DNA from: Halalkalibacterium halodurans
Lineage (GTDB): Bacteria; Bacillota; Bacilli; Bacillales; Bacillaceae_D
Direction of reading: 5' to 3'
DNA: 31,447 nucleotides
Assembly: GCF_004376175.1 (NCBI RefSeq)
Contig: NZ_SNUY01000042.1
Coordinates: 4,092-35,538 of the forward strand
Both the position numbers and the translations under genes were made by a program. The notes beneath the pieces are model-generated. The model was given only the letters and a program-made list of their open reading frames with translations, was not told the origin of the DNA and ran no database searches. Below are positions 24,803-31,447 of this stretch, in pieces (positions within the stretch are counted from its first letter, which is position 1; each line of letters starts with the position of its first letter).

Positions 24803-24830
24803 GCCCTGCCGAAGCGGTAGGGCTTTTTTC
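24803..24830 (+). terminator. Rho-independent terminator of the spoIIA operon
   Basis: GCCCTGCCG-AAG-CGGTAGGGC (one G.U pair) followed by TTTTTTC. Confidence 0.85.
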
Positions 24831-24909
24831 ATTTTAGGAAAGTCTAACGTTATAAAGGACTAAAAGGACAAGAAAATCAACGGAGATAAGTGTCTTTTTC
24901 GTTTCCTCC

Positions 24910-24939
24910 GAATGAAAGATTTTTACAAGACACATACTA
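24910..24939 (+). promoter_or_regulatory. Putative sigmaG promoter of the spoVA operon
   Basis: GAATG (24910..24914), 18 nt, then CATACTA (24933..24939). This fits the sigmaG consensus GHATR-18-CATnnTA, about 40 nt upstream of spoVAC. Confidence 0.6.
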
Positions 24940-24977
24940 CTTGAAAGCAAAGGATTGTCAAGAAAGGAGGCAGATGG

Positions 24978-25433
24978 ATGACCACTGATGTGAAAAAGCA
25001 ATATCAAGCTAACATTAAACTGTATCAACCAAAGCCAAACTACGGAAAAAATGCAGTGCGTGCATTTCTCATTGGTGGCTTCATTTGTCTACTAGGTGAA
25101 GCCATTAGCGATCTGTATCTCATGTGGTTTCCTTTAAGTGAACGTACGGTCACAGCGCCAATGATGGCTACGATGATCTTGCTCGCTGCCCTCTTTACAG
25201 GGGTTGGTCTATATGACAAGCTCGGACAGTTTGGCGGTGCAGGTGCACTAGTCCCTGTCACGGGTTTTACAAATGCTATGGCGAGTGCAGCCCTTGAGCA
25301 TCGCAGCGAGGGGCTTGTTCACGGAGTTGCGACCAACATGTTTAAAATGGTTGGAGCCGTGATTGTTTTTGGGGTTGTCGCCTCATATCTCGTTGGACTG
25401 ACCAGGTTGCTCGTACAAATGCTCATTAGTTAA
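24978..25433 (+). CDS. spoVAC: Stage V sporulation protein AC (DPA channel subunit)
   Basis: 151 aa with four TM helices and the motifs AFLIGGFICLLGE and PVTGFTNAM typical of SpoVAC. SD AAAGGAGG. Confidence 0.9.
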   Translation: MTTDVKKQYQANIKLYQPKPNYGKNAVRAFLIGGFICLLGEAISDLYLMWFPLSERTVTAPMMATMILLAALFTGVGLYDKLGQFGGAGALVPVTGFTNAMASAALEHRSEGLVHGVATNMFKMVGAVIVFGVVASYLVGLTRLLVQMLIS

Positions 25434-25455
25434 CGAATTGAAGGAGAATACGTCA

Positions 25456-26463
25456 ATGATGTCACCGCGAAAGCAAACGTTGAAGTTTGATAAGCCTGTC
25501 TACATTGAGTCAACAGGTACTGCGGTTGGACCTATGGAAGGCGCAGGACCCCTCAGGCATACGTTTGATCAAGCATATGACAATCTTTATTGTGGAGAGG
25601 ATTCATGGGAATTAGCAGAACGACGACTCATGCAGGATGCGATCGAGCATTGCCTAAAAAAGGTTCATGTTGAGACGGAGAGAGTTTCATTTATGATCGC
25701 TGGGGATTTATTGAATCAAAACATTACGGCAAACTACGTTGCTAGAGCACTGGGAATTCCTTTTTTAGGCACATTTTCTGCGTGTGCCACATCAATGGAA
25801 ACTCTGGCGGTAGGCTCGATCATCGTCCATGGTGGCTTTGCGCAAAGGGTGATTACAGCTGCGAGCAGTCACTATGCTACCGCTGAAAGGCAGTTTCGTC
25901 AGCCGACTGAATTTGCCAAACAAAAGCCGGACTCAGCCACATATACAGTAACAGGTGCTGGAGCTGCATTGGTTAGTAATCGACCGAGCAAGGTTCGCAT
26001 CGAGAGCGCGACAATCGGTCATGTGGTCGATTATGGTTTGAAAAACCCCCTTGATCTTGGATCGGCGATGGCCCCAGCGGCTGCGCATACGATTGTGACC
26101 CACTTGGAGGAAACCGATCAGCAGGTAGATGACTATGACTTGATTGTAACCGGTGATCTTTCTCGGATAGGGAGTGGAATTTTACGCAAGTTACTAGAGG
26201 AAAAACGAGTGATGTTTAAGCGCAACTATGATGATTGCGGGGTGATGATTTACAGCATGGATCAGCCTGTATTTGCTGGTGGAAGTGGAGCAGCATGTTC
26301 TGCGGTCGTCAGTTACGGTTATATTTTCGAACAAATGAAAAAAGGCAAGTTAAAGAAAGTGTTAATTGTAGCGACAGGTGCACTGCTCAATCCGATGATG
26401 ATCCAGCAAAAAGAGACGATTCCGTGCATCGCTCATGCGGTTTCGTTGCGTGCGGAGGTGTAA
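25456..26463 (+). CDS. spoVAD: Stage V sporulation protein AD
   Basis: About 335 aa from the ATG at 25456 (GAAGGAGAA plus 7 nt). It has a thiolase-like fold, and the segments GTAVGPMEGAGPL and FSACATS are collinear with B. subtilis SpoVAD. Confidence 0.9.
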   Translation: MMSPRKQTLKFDKPVYIESTGTAVGPMEGAGPLRHTFDQAYDNLYCGEDSWELAERRLMQDAIEHCLKKVHVETERVSFMIAGDLLNQNITANYVARALGIPFLGTFSACATSMETLAVGSIIVHGGFAQRVITAASSHYATAERQFRQPTEFAKQKPDSATYTVTGAGAALVSNRPSKVRIESATIGHVVDYGLKNPLDLGSAMAPAAAHTIVTHLEETDQQVDDYDLIVTGDLSRIGSGILRKLLEEKRVMFKRNYDDCGVMIYSMDQPVFAGGSGAACSAVVSYGYIFEQMKKGKLKKVLIVATGALLNPMMIQQKETIPCIAHAVSLRAEV

Positions 26464-26466
26464 ATC

Positions 26467-26817
26467 GTGAACTATATTATCGCATTTACCGTTGGTGGCT
26501 TAATCTGTATTGTGGGACAAGTGTTGCTTGATGTAGCGAAAATGACTCCTACCCAAGTATTAAGCACTCTTGTGGTTGCAGGTGCGGTGCTGGATGGATT
26601 TCATTTATACGACAGACTGATTGATTTTGCAGGCGCTGGTGCGACCATTCCGATCACGAGCTTCGGTCATTCCCTTGTCCACGGGGCGATGGCCGAAGGA
26701 GAGCGATCAGGTTTTTTAGGGGTAGGAATGGGGATTTTTGAGATTACTTCTGCTGGCATATCTTCAGCTATTCTTTTTAGTTTTCTCGTGGCTGTTGTAT
26801 TTAAGCCAAGGGGGTGA
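26467..26817 (+). CDS. spoVAEB: Stage V sporulation protein AEb (SpoVAC paralogue)
   Basis: 116 aa membrane protein. GTG start 6 nt after GGAGGTG. The motif [13 protein letters not shown] parallels the SpoVAC PVTGFTNAM region. Confidence 0.85.
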   Translation: MNYIIAFTVGGLICIVGQVLLDVAKMTPTQVLSTLVVAGAVLDGFHLYDRLIDFAGAGATIPITSFGHSLVHGAMAEGERSGFLGVGMGIFEITSAGISSAILFSFLVAVVFKPRG

Positions 26818-26822
26818 AGCTC

Positions 26823-27389
26823 ATGAGCCGTCGGAAAGTAATCTTGATCACAGACGGAGATGAGTCGGCACTAAAAGCTATAGAACATGTTGCTAGAGAA
26901 TTAGGAGGGCGTTGCATCAGTCAATCATGGGGCAATCCTAGCCATTTGACAGGAGAAGAGATCGTTAAGCTCATTTTGAAAACCCCCTATGATCCGGTGC
27001 TTGTCATGTTTGACGATTGTGGATTCCGTTTAGAGGGACCTGGAGAAGCGGCAATGCGCCATGTGGCAAATGATCCTGCGATTGATGTTTTAGGTGTGAT
27101 TGCGGTTGCTTCTTCAAGCCATTATCACGAATGGACGAAGGTGGATGTAAGCATTGACCGCTTCGGAGAGCTTACGGAATATGGGGTGGATAAATATGGT
27201 GTGGCCGACCTTGAGATTGGGCGGATGAATGGCGATACGGTATACATACTCGATGAGTTGGATTTGCCGATCGTTGTCGGGATCGGCGACATTGGAAAGA
27301 TGGGTGGAGCGGATGCGGTGGAAATAGGGGCGCCGATCACGCGAAGAGCGGTGGAATACATTTTAGAACGGAGTGGATACCATGAGTGA
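26823..27389 (+). CDS. spoVAEA: Stage V sporulation protein AEa (soluble, Toprim-like)
   Basis: About 188 aa. The segment [36 protein letters not shown] matches the SpoVAEa family. I prefer the ATG at 26823 (GGGGGTG plus 6 nt) to the GTG at 26814. Confidence 0.8.
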   Translation: MSRRKVILITDGDESALKAIEHVARELGGRCISQSWGNPSHLTGEEIVKLILKTPYDPVLVMFDDCGFRLEGPGEAAMRHVANDPAIDVLGVIAVASSSHYHEWTKVDVSIDRFGELTEYGVDKYGVADLEIGRMNGDTVYILDELDLPIVVGIGDIGKMGGADAVEIGAPITRRAVEYILERSGYHE

Positions 27390-28863
27390 AAGCGTTAAAG
27401 AGCGAGAGGATATTATCTCACCGGACATTCATGTAAATGAAGAATGTTTGAAAGAACGATTAGGAATGGATGTCTCGTTTGACGTGGGCATTCGTAAGCT
27501 CCCCGTGTTTGACCGAGAAATTCAACTATATTACGTCAACGGCTTGGTAGATACGCAAAACATTATTGAGTTGTTGAAAGAACTGATGGATCTAGATGCG
27601 CGAAATCGGAAAATAACCGATGTGAAAAAGGCCGTTAAAAATCACTTAACCCATTACCAAGTGGAAGAGACCGACAGCATGAATGAAGCGGTAACACAAA
27701 TGTTGTCAGGGCTCATTTTCATTTTAATTGATGGAGAGACCGAAGCGTTTGTTGTCGATGTTCGTTCCTATCCGACACGAGGACCTGAAGAGCCAGATAC
27801 CGAGCGGGTCGTTCGAGGATCACGGGATGGTTATACGGAAAACATCATCATTAATACGGCTTTAACAAGACGTCGTATTCGAGACGAACGTCTGCGCCAT
27901 GAAATTTTAAAAGTGGGCGTTCGTTCGAAAACCGATATTTGCATCGCCTATATCGATGGAATTGTCGATCCTGAAATGGTGAAAATCGTTAGGGAAGAGC
28001 TGGAAAACATAAAGATTGACGGTATAACTATGACCGATAAAATCATTGAAGAATATATTGTTAAACAAGGAATGAATCCGTTTCCACTTGTAAGATATAC
28101 GGAGCGCCCTGATGTGGCAGCAACCCACCTGCTTGAAGGCCATTTGGTTATTATGGTTGATACGTCCCCAAGTGTTATTATCGCACCGACAACGTTTTTT
28201 CATCACGTACAACATGCAGAGGAATATAGACAATCAGCCGCCATCGGAACGTTTTTGCGGTGGGTTCGCTTTGCTGGCATCTTATTTTCCCTCTTTATTT
28301 TGCCGTTTTGGCTATTATTGGTCATGCAGCCAAGCTTACTACCAGAAGGGTTACAATATGTAGGGCCGAATGAAACAAAAGAAGTGCCCATTTTTGCCCA
28401 AATCATGTTTGCTGAACTAGGAATTGAACTGCTTAGGATGGCAGCGATCCATACTCCATCTCCGCTGGCTACAGCGCTTGGTCTCGTCGCTGCCCTCTTG
28501 ATAGGAGAAATTGCGATTGAGGTCGGCCTGTTTTCACCAGAAGTTATTTTGTATGTAGCCATTGGTGCGGTCGGAATGTTCGCTACTCCGAGCTATGAGC
28601 TAAGTGTCGCTTTACGTGTAGCAAGACTGATACTGCTTACGATTGTGGCTCTATTTAAAGCACCCGGCTTTATTATTGCCACGACACTTTTTATTTTCAT
28701 GCTTGCACGAATTAAAACCTTAAATAAGCCGTATTTATGGCCATTTCTTCCGTTCGATCCGCCTGCGATGTGGCAAATTATTATACGTTCCAGTGTTCCA
28801 ACGATTCGATGGCGACCGAGTATCGTTCATCCGCAAGACCCTATTCGTCAAGAAGAAAGTTAA
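27382..28863 (+). CDS. spoVAF: Stage V sporulation protein AF (GerA-family A-subunit homologue)
   Basis: About 493 aa with a GerAA-like soluble N-domain and a C-terminal TM bundle. The ATG at 27382 overlaps the spoVAEa stop by 8 nt (ATGAGTGA). Confidence 0.9.
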   Translation: MSESVKEREDIISPDIHVNEECLKERLGMDVSFDVGIRKLPVFDREIQLYYVNGLVDTQNIIELLKELMDLDARNRKITDVKKAVKNHLTHYQVEETDSMNEAVTQMLSGLIFILIDGETEAFVVDVRSYPTRGPEEPDTERVVRGSRDGYTENIIINTALTRRRIRDERLRHEILKVGVRSKTDICIAYIDGIVDPEMVKIVREELENIKIDGITMTDKIIEEYIVKQGMNPFPLVRYTERPDVAATHLLEGHLVIMVDTSPSVIIAPTTFFHHVQHAEEYRQSAAIGTFLRWVRFAGILFSLFILPFWLLLVMQPSLLPEGLQYVGPNETKEVPIFAQIMFAELGIELLRMAAIHTPSPLATALGLVAALLIGEIAIEVGLFSPEVILYVAIGAVGMFATPSYELSVALRVARLILLTIVALFKAPGFIIATTLFIFMLARIKTLNKPYLWPFLPFDPPAMWQIIIRSSVPTIRWRPSIVHPQDPIRQEES

Positions 28864-28872
28864 TCAAGGCGG

Positions 28873-28901
28873 TTGTCAGGTAGAGGGGTTTGTGTTAAAG
28901 T
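28873..28901 (+). promoter_or_regulatory. Putative sigmaA promoter for the lysA leader
   Basis: TTGTCA (28873..28878), an exactly 17-nt spacer and TAAAGT (28896..28901), about 35 nt upstream of the L-box. Confidence 0.45.
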
Positions 28902-28935
28902 AAAACACAACAATTTAATTCCCCTCATCAAGGAT

Positions 28936-29101
28936 GAGGTAGAGGTGCAATGCGAATCAGTACCCACTTGGAGTTTGATGGAACTAGGAAGAGTGGGGAA
29001 AGGTCAATTTGCCGAAGTGAATGTATGTCCATCCCATACGTTTGCTGGGTCGTTTTTGAATAAAAAACGAACTGCCGCTGACTGTTAGCGGAGAGCTATC
29101 T
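28936..29101 (+). promoter_or_regulatory. Lysine riboswitch (L-box) aptamer
   Basis: The conserved L-box blocks appear in the correct order: AGGTAGAGGTGC..GCGAA.CAGTA, GGAG, GGGGAAAGG, TTGCCGAAG, GCTGG, TGAATAA, and CTGCCGCTGACTGTTAGCGGAGAG with the closing CTATCT pairing to AGGTAG. Confidence 0.85.
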
Positions 29102-29128
29102 GCCAATGAGGTTACCTTGCAGCATTCA

Positions 29129-29164
29129 ACGTAGCTAGTGTAACACATTAGCTGCGTTTTTTTA
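29129..29164 (+). terminator. L-box expression-platform terminator
   Basis: ACGTAGCTAGTG-TAA-CACATTAGCTGCGT (long stem, one G.U pair) followed by TTTTTTT, about 65 nt before the lysA start. Confidence 0.8.
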
Positions 29165-29227
29165 CGATGGTTGCAGTCGGTTAAAACGTCACTCATTGAG
29201 TTTACCTATAAGGGAGAGAAACCATCT

Positions 29228-30547
29228 ATGTTTTTTCACGGAACGAGTCGTGTCAATGGAAAGGGTCATCTAGAAATCGGAGGTGTGGACACGGTCGAAT
29301 TGGCCAATCTGTATGGAACCCCATTGTTTGTTTACGATGTGGCACTCATTCGTGAACGAGCAAAAGATTTCAAACAAGCCTTTGCAGATGAAGGAGTTCA
29401 GGCTCAAGTGGCGTATGCGAGCAAGGCGTTTAGCTGTATTGCTATGTTTCAGCTTGCTGAAGAGCTAGGCCTAAGTCTTGATGTCGTTTCTGGCGGTGAG
29501 CTGTACACCGCGCAGCAAGCTGGAGTATCGATGGAACGAATTCATTTTCACGGGAACAATAAAAGCCGTGCAGAGATTGAGATGGCGGTAGAAGCGGGAA
29601 TTGGCTGCTTTGTCGTTGATAATTTTTATGAACTTGACCTGTTAGCAGACATTTGTGAGCAAAAGCGGGCGACTGCAAATATTTTATTGCGGATTACGCC
29701 GGGGGTTGAAGCTCATACTCATGACTACATCTCAACTGGTCAAGAGGATTCAAAGTTTGGTTTTGATCTTGTGAGCGGCCAAGCCACGCTTGCGGTTAAA
29801 AAAGCGTTAGCTGTCGACTCCATTCGTTTGCTCGGTGTTCATAGCCACATTGGATCGCAAATCTTTGAAACAACTGGATTTGTCATGGCTGTCGAAAAAA
29901 TATTTGAACATTTAGTTTCATGGCGAGAAGACCATGGATTCGAACCATCGGTGTTAAACTTGGGAGGCGGGTTCGGCATCCGTTACATTGAAGGTGATAC
30001 CCCGCGTCCAGTCGGTGATTATGTTAAAGAAATGATCCGCGCGGTAAAGCAGCAAATTGCAGAACATGAAATGTCGATGCCGGAAATTTGGATCGAGCCT
30101 GGTCGTTCGCTTGTCGGCGATGCAGGGACGACGCTGTACACGATCGGGTCAAGAAAAGAAATTCCGAATGTTCGCCATTACTTGTCCGTCGATGGCGGCA
30201 TGAGCGACAATTTGCGCCCAGCCCTCTATCAAGCTGAATATGAAGGGGCGCTCGCCAACCGTGTGAACGAGCAGCCGGTAGGGATGTTTTCGGTTGCTGG
30301 GAAGTGCTGTGAAAGTGGCGATATGCTCATTTGGGATTTACCATTACCAGAGGCAAACCACGAAGACATTTTAGCCGTCTTTTGTACAGGAGCCTACGGC
30401 TACTCCATGGCGAACAATTACAACCGGATTCCGCGCCCACCTGTCGTTTTCGTTGAGGATGGCGACGCCCAGCTTGTTATTCAGCGAGAGCGATACGAAG
30501 ACTTAGTGCGTCTCGATATGCCACTAGTAAAAAAGGTGAAAGTATAG
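29228..30547 (+). CDS. lysA: Diaminopimelate decarboxylase
   Basis: 439 aa from the ATG at 29228 (AAGGGAGAG SD). MFFHGTSRVNGKGHLEIGGVDTVELANLYGTPLFVYDV is collinear with B. subtilis LysA. The PLP lysine context AYASKAF and the motifs HSHIGSQ, GGGFG, EPGRS and CESGD are present. The listed start at 29171 lies in the leader. Confidence 0.95.
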   Translation: MFFHGTSRVNGKGHLEIGGVDTVELANLYGTPLFVYDVALIRERAKDFKQAFADEGVQAQVAYASKAFSCIAMFQLAEELGLSLDVVSGGELYTAQQAGVSMERIHFHGNNKSRAEIEMAVEAGIGCFVVDNFYELDLLADICEQKRATANILLRITPGVEAHTHDYISTGQEDSKFGFDLVSGQATLAVKKALAVDSIRLLGVHSHIGSQIFETTGFVMAVEKIFEHLVSWREDHGFEPSVLNLGGGFGIRYIEGDTPRPVGDYVKEMIRAVKQQIAEHEMSMPEIWIEPGRSLVGDAGTTLYTIGSRKEIPNVRHYLSVDGGMSDNLRPALYQAEYEGALANRVNEQPVGMFSVAGKCCESGDMLIWDLPLPEANHEDILAVFCTGAYGYSMANNYNRIPRPPVVFVEDGDAQLVIQRERYEDLVRLDMPLVKKVKV

Positions 30548-30557
30548 CAAAAGTCTT

Positions 30558-30588
30558 GCGCCCCAAATGAATGTCTGGGGTGCTTTTC
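30558..30588 (+). terminator. Rho-independent terminator of lysA
   Basis: GCGCCCCA-(10-nt loop)-TGGGGTGC followed by TTTTC. Confidence 0.75.
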
Positions 30589-30632
30589 AATGGGAGTGAA
30601 TTTGCGCTAACCAACGTTAATGTACGAAGAAA

Positions 30633-30898
30633 TCACTTGATACTACTTGATATAAACATGGAGGCGTCTTGATTCATAAAAATCCGCTGACCATGATAGA
30701 ACGTTCTCATTTCAATTGATTTAAATCCAACTTCGGATAAGCTTTTTTTCAGTTCCTCATGGGAAAAACCGTTAGTAAAGATTTTGATTGACTATTTCGT
30801 AATTCGGATCGAACTTCCTTAACGATCACTTTAGCTAATTCAATTCTATCCTCTATATCATATCGTTTGGCCATCTGTTCAAAAACGTTATTCTCCAT
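30633..30898 (-). pseudogene. Class I SAM-dependent methyltransferase remnant with an out-of-frame internal deletion
   Basis: The minus strand has a GGGGGAG SD and then MENNVFEQMAKRYDIEDRIELAKVIVKEVRSELRNSQSKSLL, which stops shortly after. A different frame continues with NGFSHEELKKSLSEVGFKSIEMRTFYHGQRIFMNQDASMFISSSIK*. These are typical N- and C-termini of small methyltransferases, but the GxGxG SAM-binding core is missing. Confidence 0.6.
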
Positions 30899-31061
30899 TT
30901 TCCGCTCCCCCGTCTAGATAACGTATTGTCAAAACTTTATATAAAAATAGGTTATTAAATCCTATGTTAGAGGGCTTTATAAGCAAAAAAATTGCCACCC
31001 CCTGATTTCTGTAGATAATTGAGGTTACCATAGACCCAATTCCAGAAAAGGAAGTGACAAT

Positions 31062-31447
31062 TTGTACCCTCAAATTATAACCTATTTATTAACTTTTATA
31101 AACTATCAAGAACAAATTATTCGAACTTTGCTTACTCTATTGATTGGAAAAAGCATGTTCGATAAACCCAAAGAAGCTCCTGTTAATCAGCCTTATCGAA
31201 AGCTTCAAATTGATGATTTACCTATCATTGAAAAGGTAGAAAAGCTCGATTATCAGCTTTTATTAACGGAATATCTTCAATCAAAAGGAAAACCGTTAAA
31301 ACCAGTACGCCGTCGAGCCAATTCTACGCCCGTACCTTCTGCATTGTGTTGTCCTAAGTGTGGTGCTCCTTCTGCGTATTTGTACGCAAACAACGGAGGA
31401 AAAGGACAATATCAATGTAAGGTGTGTGCGTGTGTTTTCAATAAAAA
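31062..31447 (+). mobile_element. 5' part of a transposase-like ORF with an N-terminal zinc ribbon (runs off the window)
   Basis: The frame is open from 31023 to the end of the window. Possible starts are the TTG at 31062 (AAAGGAAG SD) or the ATG at 31155. It encodes ...RKLQIDDLPIIEKVEKLDYQLLLTEYLQSKGKPLKPVRRRAN...CCPKCGAPSAYLYANNGGKGQYQCKVCACVF, a CxxC-N17-CxxC ribbon like those at the N-termini of IS1/IS1595-type transposases. The IS family is not determined. Confidence 0.4.

Noticed and set aside
28873-29088. 71-aa plus-strand ORF between spoVAF and lysA
   Set aside because: It lies entirely within the L-box riboswitch and its promoter and has no SD. The riboswitch explains the sequence conservation.

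Overview
This window looks like a mostly syntenic core-chromosome segment of an endospore-forming Bacillaceae genome. I cannot assign a species without a database search. The gene order mirrors the B. subtilis region nudF-yqxK / spoIIM-fur-yqzK-ripX(xerD)-drm-punA / dacF-spoIIAA-spoIIAB-sigF-spoVA-lysA.

From left to right the window contains:
- a guanine-riboswitch-controlled xpt-permease operon (minus strand)
- an orphan PTS EIIA(Glc) gene, convergent with a LacI-family regulator
- a divergent metal-type locus: a COG0701 permease plus its TIGR03943/DUF1980 partner, facing a His-rich COG0523 GTPase and a YhfK-like SDR
- uppP, a ResA-like (CEPC) thiol-disulfide oxidoreductase and a DUF3866 protein
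- a translationally coupled nudF-endoQ(yqxK) pair
- spoIIM, fur, yqzK and xerD
- an enlarged nucleoside-salvage operon: deoB, two tandem punA-type phosphorylases, pdp and an SRPBCC protein
- dacF-spoIIAA-spoIIAB-sigF
- a spoVA operon that starts at spoVAC, with no spoVAA/AB
- an L-box riboswitch in front of lysA
- a decayed right edge: an internally deleted methyltransferase remnant and a truncated zinc-ribbon, transposase-like ORF

I see no rRNA, tRNA, CRISPR array or recognisable defence island. No single finding amounts to a clearly novel multi-gene system.

The observations most worth a second look are:
- a promoter-to-terminator unit with no ORF and several UCCC/CU-rich tracts in the 620-bp xpt/EIIA spacer (candidate sRNA)
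- a composite direct and tandem repeat element between yqzK and xerD
- a second punA paralogue in which both purine-recognition residues are replaced (E->M, N->D)
- a perfect 19-bp palindrome at the centre of the metal divergon
- an SD-preceded small ORF that overlaps the 3' end of the DUF3866 gene convergently

All product calls rest on my recognition of motifs and synteny in the supplied translations. No database search was run.
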